NCBI GenBank assembly: GCA_963667785.2 | Contig: CAXXMU010000006.1 | Span: 416,001 to 480,000, forward strand | Direction of reading: 5' to 3' | DNA from: Alphaproteobacteria bacterium | GTDB taxonomy: Bacteria > Pseudomonadota > Alphaproteobacteria > UBA828 | Length of the DNA stretch: 64,000 bases | Shown here: piece by piece, positions 10,901-19,653 of the stretch | Layout: each line of letters begins with the position of its first letter | Position numbering within the stretch: the stretch's first letter is position 1 | The notes under the pieces: model-generated | What the model was told of the DNA's origin: nothing | Database searches by the model: none | Seen by the model: only the letters and a program-made list of their open reading frames with translations | Made by a program: the position numbers and the translations under genes

Positions 10901-11535
10901 TCCGTCCGGGCCGCCTCGCCCAGCATGTCGTAGGAGTAGCTGTAGCCCTCCGCCTCCAGCTCGGCCGCGCGGTCCATGGCCTCGCCCATGTCGCGGCCGA
11001 GCACGAAGTGGTGCCCGAGCTCCCGCATCGCCTGAGCGACCGCCGCGCGGATGACCGGCTCGCCGAGGCGCCTGATCGCGCCCTGCAGCGCGCCGGCCAG
11101 GCCCTCGTCGGCCTCGCTCAGCACCTTTCCGGTCAGCAGCAGCGCCCAGGTGGACGCGTTGACCAGCGGCGAGCTCGAATGGCCGAGATGGGCCGCCCAG
11201 TCCGACGTACCGATCTTGTCCTCGATCAGCGCGTCGATGGTCTCGGTGTCGGGCACGCGCAGCAGCGCCTCGGCCAGGCACATGAGCGCCACGCCCTCGC
11301 GGCTCGAGAGCCCGTACTCCGCGAGGAAGCCCTGCATGATCGAGGCGCCGGCGCTGGCCCGGACGGTGCGGACCAGCTCGACCGCATGCGCCGCGATGGC
11401 TTCCCGGTCTGGCGCGGACAGCCGGGCGGCCTCGACACATTCGCGCACGGCCTGCGCCTCGTCCTCGAGGGTCGCGGCGCGCATCCGTGCGCGAATGTGG
11501 GAGAGACGCTCGTGCCCGTCCGGCGCCCTGCTCAC
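7927..11535 (-). CDS. putA: Bifunctional proline dehydrogenase / P5C dehydrogenase
   Basis: EGVALMCLAEALLRVPD, SYDMLGEAA, SVKLSALHPRY, VRLVKGAYWDSEIK, VRRLLENGAN, FQSAGQRCSA; GTG start overlaps the upstream permease TGA (GTGA). Confidence 0.95.
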   Translation of the reverse strand: MSRAPDGHERLSHIRARMRAATLEDEAQAVRECVEAARLSAPDREAIAAHAVELVRTVRASAGASIMQGFLAEYGLSSREGVALMCLAEALLRVPDTETIDALIEDKIGTSDWAAHLGHSSSPLVNASTWALLLTGKVLSEADEGLAGALQGAIRRLGEPVIRAAVAQAMRELGHHFVLGRDMGEAMDRAAELEAEGYSYSYDMLGEAARTEADARRYHLAYSDSITALAATGMGKGIRDRPGVSVKLSALHPRYEFGQRDRVMTELVARIRALALLARSAGIGLNVDAEEADRLDLSLDVMEAVIGEPALDGWDGFGVVVQAYGKRATHLIDWIGALAGRHGRRIMVRLVKGAYWDSEIKHAQVLGLDGFPVFTRKAGTDVSYLACARRLLSMTDRLYPQFATHNAHTMAAVLHMADDLSGFEFQRLHGMGEALHEAVRASHGVRCRIYAPVGAHHDLLAYLVRRLLENGANNSFVNQIVDESVTAEEIARDPVAAVEEKGGAFANPRIAAPAALFLPARRNARGWDLTDPLAVAAIERARAPFRAAAWEAGPLIAGTTRGAGRQEVRNPAHPDDLVGHVVQAAPADIEAALAAARAGAAAWATLGAGERGRLLCRVADLYEAHAAELFALAAREAGKTWPDCVAEVREACDFARFYASEAERVCAGADATPCGVIACISPWNFPLAIFSGQVFGALSAGNAVVAKPAEQTPLIAARAVRLMHEAGIPPDAVQLLPGDGETVGAALVADPRIDGVCFTGSTGTARLINRAMAAHLAPHAPLIAETGGLNAMIVDSTALPEQAVRDIVVSAFQSAGQRCSALRVLYVQRDIEERLLAMLFGAMDELRIGDPWALATDIGPVIDDDAQARIEAHCAQAEGEGRLLKRLDTPGGGRFVPPAVLRVDGIEALGEEIFGPVLHVARFGTDEIDAVIDAVNAAGYGLTFGVHTRIDDRVQHIVDRVRAGNIYVNRNQIGAVVGSQPFGGEGESGTGPKAGGPHYVRRLVAAAAPQGGRPAGAVIDRGLLEVAVADAGRSLGPGPQRSGVAARACGERFSPLDLPGPTGESNRLSFAPRGVVLCLGPGADAARAQVALARDAGNAALVVAEGATAAFSSLAHDPHVIVLDGQVAAQDLATVGGIAAVACAAERDVLQAMRAALARRPGPILPLISEPGAAERYVLERHVCVDTTAAGGNASLLAEAGE

Positions 11536-12473
11536 CGCCGCTTGCCGGACGCGCTGATCCCGATGGCGGCGAGGATGACCAGCCCGGTGGTCAGGTCGCG
11601 GTAGAAGGGATCGGCGTTGAGGATGTTGAAGCCGTTGCTGATGAGCGCCAGCAGGAAGACGCCGCCGAGGCTCCGCCACACCGCGCCGGCGCCGCCGTAG
11701 ATGCTGGTGCCGCCCAGGATCACCGCGGCGATGGCCTGCAGCTCCATGCCCTGCCCGGCCGCCGCCTGCCCCAGCGCCACGCGCGAGGTGGCGATGATCG
11801 AGGCGAGCCCCGCGGCGAAGCCGGCGATGGCGAAGGTGGCGGTCTTGACCCGGTCCGTGCGGATGCCGGAGAGCACCGCCGCCTCCTCGTTGCCGCCGAC
11901 GGCGAAGACCCGCCGGCCGAAGGCGGTCCGGGTCAGCGTGAAGGTCAGGATCATGGCGAAGACGGCCATGATCCAGACGGCGATGAAGACGCCGCCCACC
12001 TTGTCGCGCCCGAGCCAGGTGAAGGTGTCGAGGCGGACGGAGATCAGCCGCCCGTCGGAGATGACGATGGCGACGCCCTTGAAGATCAGACTCGTGGCGA
12101 TGGTGGCGAGGAACGAGTGGACCCTGAGCGCGTTGATGACGACGCCGTTCATGGTGCCGAGGATCAGGCCGATGAAGGGCGCCACGAAGAGACCGAGATA
12201 GGGGTCCACATGGAGCGCGATCCAGGCCGACATGACCGAGCCCATGGAGAAGATCGCCGCCACCGAGAGGTCGAACCCGCCGGCAATGATGACCAGCGTC
12301 ATGGCGCACGCCATGATCGCGAGCGGCGCGTTCTGGTTGAGGATGTTCAGCAGGTTGCGGGGCGTCAGGAAGTTTTCCGACAGCATGCTGAGCGCGATGA
12401 CCAGGAACACGACCATGATCAGGACCGCGTAGGTCTGCAGGAAGCGGCCGATATGGAAGCCCTTAACCCGCAT
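11532..12473 (-). CDS. ABC transporter permease, ribose/CUT2 family (RbsC-like)
   Basis: GGFDLSV, FGRRVFAVGGNEEAA.LSGI, ELQAIAAVILGGTS. Confidence 0.92.
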   Translation of the reverse strand: MRVKGFHIGRFLQTYAVLIMVVFLVIALSMLSENFLTPRNLLNILNQNAPLAIMACAMTLVIIAGGFDLSVAAIFSMGSVMSAWIALHVDPYLGLFVAPFIGLILGTMNGVVINALRVHSFLATIATSLIFKGVAIVISDGRLISVRLDTFTWLGRDKVGGVFIAVWIMAVFAMILTFTLTRTAFGRRVFAVGGNEEAAVLSGIRTDRVKTATFAIAGFAAGLASIIATSRVALGQAAAGQGMELQAIAAVILGGTSIYGGAGAVWRSLGGVFLLALISNGFNILNADPFYRDLTTGLVILAAIGISASGKRR

Positions 12474-12485
12474 ATCTCACCATGG

Positions 12486-14003
12486 TCACGGCCCGCGCCT
12501 GCGGCTCTGGTGCTGGAAGAGCAGCGCCAGCAGGTCGGCCTCGCTCGACTCCTCCGGGATCACCTCCTTCACGATGCGCCCGCCGTCCGCCAGATAGGCG
12601 CGATGGGCCAGGCCCAGCACCTCCTCGATCTCGCTGGAGATGAGGAGGACGCCGGTTCCGCCCGCCGCCAGCTCGGCGATGGCGAAGTGGATGCGCTCGC
12701 GCGCGCCCACGTCCACGCCCCGGCTCGGCTCGTCGAGGATCACGATGTCCGGGTTCTCCATCAGCCACTTGCCGATCAGGACCTTCTGCTGGTTGCCGCC
12801 GGAGAAGGTCGCCACGTTGCCGTTGGGGTCGGCGGGGCGCACGCGGAAATGCTCGATCAGGCTCGTGGCGCGCGCGCGCTCGGCACGGCGTCGCACGACA
12901 CCGAGGTGCGCGAAGCGACCCAGGTGCGGCAGGGTCATGTTGGGCGAGACGCGCATGGTCATCACCAGGCCCTGCTTGCGGCGGTCCTCCGGCGACATCA
13001 CCATGCCGAGCGCCGCCGAGCGCCGGATCGAGCGCTTGCGGTAGACCTCGCCCCTGAGCCGGACCTCGCCGCCGGTCGCCGGGTCCGCACCGACGATCGC
13101 GCGGGCGATCTCGCTCCTGCCGCTGCCGACGAGGCCGGTGAGGCCGACGATCTCGCCCCGGCCGACCGAGAGGCTCGCGCCGTTCGCGCCCTGCTCGCTC
13201 TCGAGACCCTCGACCTCGAGCACCGGCTCGGGATCGGCGGGGCGGGCCTTGGGCGGGAAGGGAGTCTCGCTCTTGCCGCCGCCGAGCATGGCCGCAACCA
13301 GGCTGGAGCGGGTCTCCTCCGCTGCCGGCCCCGTCTTCACGTGCTCGCCGTCGCGCAGCACGGTGATGCGGTCGGATACCTCGAGGATGTCGTTGAGGAA
13401 GTGCGAGACGTAGATGATCGACCGCCCCTCGTCCCGCAGCGTCCGCATCGCGAGGTGGAGCTGCGATACCTCGTCCCGCGAGAGCGATGACGTGGGCTCG
13501 TCCATCACGATGATTCGCGCGTCACGCGCGAGCGCCCTCAGGATCTCGATCTTCTGCTGGTCGGCGATGGGCAGCCGCGAGACGACCGCGTTGGGGTCGA
13601 GCTGAAAGCCGCTCGCCGCCATCAGCGTCTCGAGCCGCGCTGCCTCGGAGCGGCGCAGCACGCCCCAGCGTTGCTCCTCGAGGCCGAGAAACACGTTCTC
13701 CGCCACGGTGAGCGCCGGCACGAGCTGAAGCTCCTGATGCATGATCGCGACGCCCTTCGACAGCGCGGTGAGCGGGTCCCACGTGCCGGTCGGCTCGCCG
13801 AACACCTCGAGCGAGCCCGCGCTCGCGGCGTAGTAGCCGCCCAGCACCTTCCCCAGCGTCGACTTGCCGGCGCCGTTCTCGCCGATCAACCCGTGGATCT
13901 CGCCCGGCAGGATGTCCACGGTGACGTCGCGGAGCACCCAGACCCCGGCGAAGGCGACCCCGATGCCGTTGGCCCTGAGCGCAGGCTCGCCGGTCTCGCT
14001 CAT
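12486..14003 (-). CDS. Sugar-type ABC transporter ATP-binding protein (RbsA-like, two NBDs)
   Basis: GENGAGKST, MDEPTSSL, PEDRRKQG, SGGNQQKV, DEPSRGVDVGA. Confidence 0.95.
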   Translation of the reverse strand: MSETGEPALRANGIGVAFAGVWVLRDVTVDILPGEIHGLIGENGAGKSTLGKVLGGYYAASAGSLEVFGEPTGTWDPLTALSKGVAIMHQELQLVPALTVAENVFLGLEEQRWGVLRRSEAARLETLMAASGFQLDPNAVVSRLPIADQQKIEILRALARDARIIVMDEPTSSLSRDEVSQLHLAMRTLRDEGRSIIYVSHFLNDILEVSDRITVLRDGEHVKTGPAAEETRSSLVAAMLGGGKSETPFPPKARPADPEPVLEVEGLESEQGANGASLSVGRGEIVGLTGLVGSGRSEIARAIVGADPATGGEVRLRGEVYRKRSIRRSAALGMVMSPEDRRKQGLVMTMRVSPNMTLPHLGRFAHLGVVRRRAERARATSLIEHFRVRPADPNGNVATFSGGNQQKVLIGKWLMENPDIVILDEPSRGVDVGARERIHFAIAELAAGGTGVLLISSEIEEVLGLAHRAYLADGGRIVKEVIPEESSEADLLALLFQHQSRRRGP

Positions 14004-14015
14004 CGCCGCCCGCCG

Positions 14016-15740
14016 TCAGGCGCGCGGTTCGGACCCTGCCTCGTCCACTGCGATGCCGGGGGCGATCCGCACGCCATAGTCCCTCCATGCGCCGTCGGGA
14101 GAAACGTAACCCCGTTCGACGTCCGTGCACACGGCCGTGAAGGGGCGCGCCTTCGGGTCGCCGTTGCCCCCGCCGCCGCCCGTCCTGGTCTCGACCACCG
14201 TGCCGGCGGCGACGGGCCGGGCGCGCATCTTGAGCGGATCCTCGGTGGCGCCGTCGGGATGGGAGATCCTGATCGCGGGTCCGCTTCCGTCGCGGCCGCC
14301 GTTCAGCCCCCAGGCGGGCGTGCGCGAGCGCTCGAACCAGAGCGCACAGTAGCAGTCCTCCAGCGTCCTGTAGCGGCGGACGACGCCGCAGCCACCGCGA
14401 TGCTGCCCCGGCCCGCCCGAATCGGTGCGGATCGAGAACTCCTCGAGGCGGACGGGGAACTTGGTCTCCATCACCTCCGCCGGGATGTTGCGGAAGCTGC
14501 CGTTCACCAGGTTGACGAGCGCGCTCTCGCCGTCGCCGTCGGCCCGCCCGCCCCAGCCGCCGGCGGTCGGCTCGATGGACATCCACTGGCCGCGCTTGGG
14601 ATCGACGGAGAAGAACGCCGCCACCATCGAATCCCCGTAGTGGGCGGCGGTGGAGCGCTCCGGCATGGCCTCGGAGAGGCACGAGATGAAGAGGTCGGCC
14701 AGCAGCCCGAGGCCAGTGAAGTACCACTCGCACGCAGCCGGCTCCCTGGCGTTGAACAGGCAGTCGTCGGGCATGCGCACCGTCATCGTCTCGAAGGAGC
14801 CGCCGGTGATGGCGCGCTCCGGGTTGATCATCGTCTTGTAGGCGAGCCGGAGCAGGGACACGGTCTGGCTCGCGCCGCAGTTGACGGAGCCGGGGACGAC
14901 GCCGGACGAGCCGGCGAGGTCGACGGTCAGCGCGTCGCCTTCGACGGTGAGCGTGAGCGCGACCTTCACCGGCTCGGTGCCGACGCCGTCATTGTCGAGA
15001 TAGCCCTCGCGGTACCAGGTGCCGTCCCGGATCGCGGCGATCGCCTCTCGGTCCATGCGCCGCGCCTGCTCGAAGATGTTGTCGCAGGCCGCGCGGTAGG
15101 TGTCTGCGCCGATGCGCTCCAGAAGCTGCGACAGCCGCCGCTCGCCGGTGCGGATGGCGGCGATCTGGGCATCGAGATCGCCGATGCTCGCGTCCGGCAG
15201 GCGGGTGTTGAGCCGCAGCAGGTCGAACCATTCGCGGATTGGCTTGCCCTTCGCCACGATACGGGTCGGCCCGAGCCTGAGCCCTTCCTGGTAGATGTTC
15301 GTGGAGCCCATCACCGTGCCGGGATCGATGGCGCCGATGTCGTTCCAGTGCGCCCGCGCGGCGCCGAAGCCGATCAGCTCGCCCTCGAAGAAGATGGGCC
15401 CGACCGCTGTCACGTCGTGCAGGTGCGAGCCCTGCATGTAGCTGTCGTTCATGATGAAGACGTCGCCCTGGGCGATGTCGTCGCCGTAATAGGCCTTCAC
15501 GTGGTGGACGTTGGCGTCGATGGCGCCGATGAAGAGTGGCACGCCGGTCGACTGCCCCAGCATGTTGCCGTCCGCATCCAGCAGAGCGACGGCGCTGTCC
15601 CTGCCCTCGTAGATCACCGCCGAATGGGCCGAACGCCAGAGCGATGCGTTCATGTCCTCGGCGCAGGAGATGACGAAGTTCCGCACGATCTCGGTCGTGA
15701 CCGGGTCCGCCGCGTTGCGCAGGATCGCGTCGTTCATCAC
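14016..15740 (-). CDS. Hydantoinase B / oxoprolinase family subunit
   Basis: NDSYMQGSHLHD, HWNDIG, IYQEG, GGWGG, DSGGPGQHRGG, GGGGNGDP. Confidence 0.92.
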   Translation of the reverse strand: MMNDAILRNAADPVTTEIVRNFVISCAEDMNASLWRSAHSAVIYEGRDSAVALLDADGNMLGQSTGVPLFIGAIDANVHHVKAYYGDDIAQGDVFIMNDSYMQGSHLHDVTAVGPIFFEGELIGFGAARAHWNDIGAIDPGTVMGSTNIYQEGLRLGPTRIVAKGKPIREWFDLLRLNTRLPDASIGDLDAQIAAIRTGERRLSQLLERIGADTYRAACDNIFEQARRMDREAIAAIRDGTWYREGYLDNDGVGTEPVKVALTLTVEGDALTVDLAGSSGVVPGSVNCGASQTVSLLRLAYKTMINPERAITGGSFETMTVRMPDDCLFNAREPAACEWYFTGLGLLADLFISCLSEAMPERSTAAHYGDSMVAAFFSVDPKRGQWMSIEPTAGGWGGRADGDGESALVNLVNGSFRNIPAEVMETKFPVRLEEFSIRTDSGGPGQHRGGCGVVRRYRTLEDCYCALWFERSRTPAWGLNGGRDGSGPAIRISHPDGATEDPLKMRARPVAAGTVVETRTGGGGGNGDPKARPFTAVCTDVERGYVSPDGAWRDYGVRIAPGIAVDEAGSEPRA

Positions 15741-17761
15741 CCTGTCTCCCTCGTCATGGAGAGGTGGCCGCCCTCGATCACCGCCGCCAGCCAGCCCGGC
15801 GGTACCAGCGTGGTCGCCGTCGCTTCCTCGATGATCGCAGGCCCCGGCACGGCATCGCCAGGCTCGAGCCCGTTGCGGTCGAGGACCGGCGTGCTCAGCG
15901 GGCGGCCAGCGAAGAAGACCTCGCGTGCCCGCGGCGCCCGTGCGGGCTCCGCCGCCGGCGGTGCTGACGCCGGGCGCTCCAGCCGGCCGAGCGCGGCAAC
16001 GCGGATGTTCGCCATCTCGACCCGGTTCTCCGGGCTAGAGTGGCCGTACTGGCGGTCGTAGGCGACGTCGAAGCTCCGCCGCACGGCATCCATGTCGATG
16101 GGGCCGTCCGGGATCGGGATGGTCAGCACGTATTCCTGCCCGTAGTAGCGGAAGTCGATGGCCCGCTCGAAGGCGATGGCGTCGTCTGCGATCCCTTCGT
16201 CCAGGAGCTGCCGGCGGCCCGTCTCCTGAAGCCCTGCGAAGGCGGCTTCGAGCCGGGAAGGCTCCATCAGGTCCCAGAAGCCGTAGAGGGTCTCCTTGCG
16301 GTCGTGGCGGACATCGGTCTGCAGCATGCCCCAAGCGGAGAAGGCGCCGGGATGCACCGGCACGATGACTTCCCGGATCTGCAACTCCTCGGCGAGCGCG
16401 CCGGCCTGAGCCGGCCCTGCGCCGCCGAAGGCCACGAGGGAGAAATCCCTCGGGTCGATGCCGCGTTGCACGGTGATGGTGCGGATCGCGTCCGCCATCT
16501 TGGCGTTGACCACGTCCACGACGCCCTGCGCCATGGCTTCCGCGCTGAGCCCGAAGACGTCGCCGATGGTCGCGAGCGCCCGCACGGCCGCGTCGCGGTC
16601 CAGCGCCATCGCCCCGCCGGAGAAATTGGCGCCGTCGAGCCGCCCGAGCACGAGATTGGCGTCCGAGACGGTGGGCTCGCTGCCGCCCAGCCCGTAGCAG
16701 GCCGGCCCCGGCATGGAGCCCGCGGACTGCGGGCCGACGCGCATGGCGCCCGCCTCCTCCCAGGCGATGGAGCCGCCGCCGGCGCCGATAACGTGGATGT
16801 CGACGATCGACATCTGCACCGGCAGCCCCTCCAGCTTGGCCTCGTTGGAGCCCGACGGCAGCCCGTCGATGATGAGGCTCGCGTCGAAGGAGGTGCCGCC
16901 CATGTCGATGCAGATCAGATTGGGCCGCCCCGTCGCGGCCGAGAGCGCCCTGCCGCCGATGGCGCCGCCGACCGGGCCGGAAAGGAGCGTCTGCAGCGGC
17001 GAGTCGCTGGCGAATTGCGCGGTCATGACCCCGCCGTTGGACTGCATCACGTGCAGCCCCCGCCCTTGAGGCAGGCGGTCGCTGAGGCCGCCGATCAGGG
17101 TCTCCAGATAGCGCCGCACGACCGGTGCGAGGTAGCTGTCCATCACGGTCGTGGAGGTCCGCTCGAACTCCCGCCACTCGGGCGAGACCCGGTGCGACAG
17201 TCCGATGGGGATGCCGGGCAGGCGGGCGGAGAGGTACGCGGCCGCCTCCAGCTCGTGCGCCGGGTTCTTGAAGGAGAACAGGAAGGCGATGGCGACCGCC
17301 TCGAATCCCTCCCTCTCCACCGCCTCCACCAGGCGGTTGAGGTCCTCCGTTTCCAGCGGCGTCACCACCTCGCCGGTCGCCGCGATCCGCTCCCGCGCCG
17401 TGAAGGTGTGCTCGAGCGGGGCGAGCGGCGCCGGCTTGTTCCAGCGAATCGAGAAGATCTCGCCCCGGTCGTTGCCCTGGATCGTGTAGACGTCCCGAAA
17501 GTTCTCGGTGGTCAGCAGCGCGACCTTGGCGCCGCGCCGGGTCAGCAGCGCGTTCAGCCCCACGGTCGTGCCGTGGACGAAGAATTCGATCGCCGCATCG
17601 GGCGGAATCGCCGCCTCGATGCCCTGCAGCACGGCCAGGGCCGGATCGTCCGGCGTGGACAGGCACTTCGTCGCGCCGCAGGCGCCGGTCGAGCAATCCT
17701 GATAGACGATGTCGGTGAAGGTGCCACCGATATCGGCGGACACCCGATAGTGTCGGGTCAC
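15737..17761 (-). CDS. Hydantoinase A / oxoprolinase family subunit (ATP-binding)
   Basis: DIGGTFTD, HGTT, REFERTSTT, SGPVGG, DMGGTSFD, GAGGGS, AFGGAG. Confidence 0.93.
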   Translation of the reverse strand: MTRHYRVSADIGGTFTDIVYQDCSTGACGATKCLSTPDDPALAVLQGIEAAIPPDAAIEFFVHGTTVGLNALLTRRGAKVALLTTENFRDVYTIQGNDRGEIFSIRWNKPAPLAPLEHTFTARERIAATGEVVTPLETEDLNRLVEAVEREGFEAVAIAFLFSFKNPAHELEAAAYLSARLPGIPIGLSHRVSPEWREFERTSTTVMDSYLAPVVRRYLETLIGGLSDRLPQGRGLHVMQSNGGVMTAQFASDSPLQTLLSGPVGGAIGGRALSAATGRPNLICIDMGGTSFDASLIIDGLPSGSNEAKLEGLPVQMSIVDIHVIGAGGGSIAWEEAGAMRVGPQSAGSMPGPACYGLGGSEPTVSDANLVLGRLDGANFSGGAMALDRDAAVRALATIGDVFGLSAEAMAQGVVDVVNAKMADAIRTITVQRGIDPRDFSLVAFGGAGPAQAGALAEELQIREVIVPVHPGAFSAWGMLQTDVRHDRKETLYGFWDLMEPSRLEAAFAGLQETGRRQLLDEGIADDAIAFERAIDFRYYGQEYVLTIPIPDGPIDMDAVRRSFDVAYDRQYGHSSPENRVEMANIRVAALGRLERPASAPPAAEPARAPRAREVFFAGRPLSTPVLDRNGLEPGDAVPGPAIIEEATATTLVPPGWLAAVIEGGHLSMTRETG

Positions 17762-17827
17762 GTCGCCACCCCAGGCGGAAATGGGCCGCCGGGGCTACGC
17801 GGCCCCGGCGACCGTCTTGCTTCGCCG

Positions 17828-18817
17828 CTACTGCTCCCACTCGCCCCTGAAGTCGGGGTTCGCGTCGAGAATGGCCTTGTCGATCATGGCCTGGAGCGGG
17901 CCCGAAACGTCCATGTTGATGGCGTTGGTGACGGCCTTGCCTTCGATGGCGTTGGCGATCTGCTCCATCGCCAGCGCGCCCATGGTCTTGGGGAAGTAGG
18001 CCAGCGTGGCGTCCCAGCGCCCTTCGCGGATCGCCTCGATCGAGATCGCCGCGGCGCCGCCGCCGATGAGGTAGAGGTCGGCCACGTTGTAGCCCTCTGC
18101 CTCCAGCGCGATCTCTGCCCCCACCAGATGCTGGTCGGCGTTGGAGAGCACCACGTGCACGTCCCTGGCCGCCTGCAGCATGTCCTGCATCGCCTTCAGC
18201 GAGGTATCCGGCGAATACCAGCCTTCACCGGTGCCCACGATCTTGATGTTGGGATACTGGGCCAGGACCTTCTCGAAGGTTTCGAGCCGGAGATTGTCGA
18301 AGGGGAAGGTCTTGAAGCCGATGATGATGATGACGTTGCAGGGATCCTTGTCGGCGCAGTAGGCCGCTGCGGCCTCGGCCTGCCAGGTGGCGCCGTCCAC
18401 GGGCGGCGATGCGACGGTCGCCGTGATGCCGGTCACCTGGGGCTCGAGGGTGTTGAGCTCCGGCCCGATGGGGAAGAGGACGGTCGCGATCGGCACGTCG
18501 GCCTCGATCACCTGCTCGAACGCGCCGGAGATGCCGACCGGGTCGTTGGGCGCCACGATCATGCCCTCGAACCGGCCGCTGGCGAGCACGTCCTCGATCT
18601 GGCTGTACTGGTGGATCGCGTCGAACTTGCCGTCGAAGATCTCGGCTTCGTAGCCGAGCTCGATGGCCATCTCCTCGACGCCTTCGTAAGTGGCCTGATT
18701 GAAGCCGTTCTGCGAAGAGGCCGCGAAGAAGGCGACCTTCGATTGCGCCATCGCCTCGGCGGATAGCCCGAGGGCCAGGGCTGCGGCCGCGAGCGCGACC
18801 GTGATCGAACGGGTCAT
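17828..18817 (-). CDS. Periplasmic substrate-binding protein, sugar-type ABC transporter
   Basis: Signal peptide, class I PBP pattern (FDGKFDAIHQYSQIED..., IEAIREGRWDAT); GGAGG RBS. Confidence 0.85.
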   Translation of the reverse strand: MTRSITVALAAAALALGLSAEAMAQSKVAFFAASSQNGFNQATYEGVEEMAIELGYEAEIFDGKFDAIHQYSQIEDVLASGRFEGMIVAPNDPVGISGAFEQVIEADVPIATVLFPIGPELNTLEPQVTGITATVASPPVDGATWQAEAAAAYCADKDPCNVIIIIGFKTFPFDNLRLETFEKVLAQYPNIKIVGTGEGWYSPDTSLKAMQDMLQAARDVHVVLSNADQHLVGAEIALEAEGYNVADLYLIGGGAAAISIEAIREGRWDATLAYFPKTMGALAMEQIANAIEGKAVTNAINMDVSGPLQAMIDKAILDANPDFRGEWEQ

Positions 18818-18853
18818 CTCGTCTCCTCCCGTCTGCGTTCTTGACTGACTGGC

Positions 18854-18881
18854 AGTTTATCATTATGCAAACATAATGCAA
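18854..18881 (-). promoter_or_regulatory. Putative sigma70 promoter of the ABC/hydantoinase/putA operon, overlapped by a palindromic operator
   Basis: Minus strand TTGCAT-N16-TAAACT; perfect inverted repeat CATTATG-caaa-CATAATG at 18861-18878 between divergent genes. Confidence 0.6.
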
Positions 18882-18894
18882 TCCCGTACGGCAC

Positions 18895-19653
18895 GTGGAT
18901 CACGGATCTGAACCCAAGCGCATGGCGGCGGACATCGACGCACTCCCCAAGAAGCGCGGGCGCCGCGGCGCGCTGCAGGTCTATGACGTCCTGCGCGAGG
19001 AAATTCTCTGGCTCAGGATCGCGCCGGGCACCGCGCTCGACGAGCTCGCGCTCGCCGCCCGCTTCGAGGTGTCGCGCACACCCATCCGGGAAGCCCTGCT
19101 CCTCCTTGCCGGCGAGCGGCTCGTCGAGTTCCTGCCGAACAGGACCAGCATCGTCGCGCCCTTCTCGCTCGACAACACCGGCGACTACCTGGATACGGCG
19201 CTGATCATCTCGCGGGCCATGGCGCGCGCGGCGGCATTGTCGGGCAGGGCCGAGGCGGCCGTGCTGAACGAGTACGTGCAGCGCTTCGATCAGGCCGTGC
19301 GGGCGGACGACTGGGAGGCGTCTCTCAGGAGCGAGCTCGCGGCGCTTCGCCATCTGGCGGGACTTTCCGAGAACATCTTCCTCATCAAGTTCTTCGAGCA
19401 GGTCGTCGATGCCGGCATCCGTATGCGGGTGCTGCACTACTACCCCAATGCGACTGCGGACGAGCGTCGCGCGTCGGTCGACCGCCTGCAGGCGCTGGCG
19501 GACGCGGTTCTCGCCGGCGATGCGGGCGAGAGCGACCGCGTCATCGTGCGAATGATCCTGTCCGACTTCGTGATCATCGTCCGCTCCCTTGAGCCGCGCC
19601 TCGGCGCCGAGATGCGGCTCGACCGCATCGGCGAGAGACTGCCCACGCCATGA
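18895..19653 (+). CDS. GntR family (FCD-type) transcriptional regulator; start may be ATG 18922
   Basis: VYDVLREEI..PG..LDELALAARFEVSRTPIREAL winged HTH. Confidence 0.9.
   Translation: MDHGSEPKRMAADIDALPKKRGRRGALQVYDVLREEILWLRIAPGTALDELALAARFEVSRTPIREALLLLAGERLVEFLPNRTSIVAPFSLDNTGDYLDTALIISRAMARAAALSGRAEAAVLNEYVQRFDQAVRADDWEASLRSELAALRHLAGLSENIFLIKFFEQVVDAGIRMRVLHYYPNATADERRASVDRLQALADAVLAGDAGESDRVIVRMILSDFVIIVRSLEPRLGAEMRLDRIGERLPTP

Noticed and set aside
7990-11604. Very long antisense or alternative-frame ORFs (e.g. 7990-11604, 16040-18766, 21041-23098, 52227-55070)
   Set aside because: These are shadow ORFs expected in high-GC DNA opposite well-supported genes. They are Arg/Ala/Gly/Pro-rich and have no motifs.
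7927-12309. 1460 aa ORF suggesting a PutA with a long N-terminal extension
   Set aside because: The first ~258 codons are an off-frame read of the ABC permease. PutA similarity begins near the GTG at 11535, which overlaps the permease stop.
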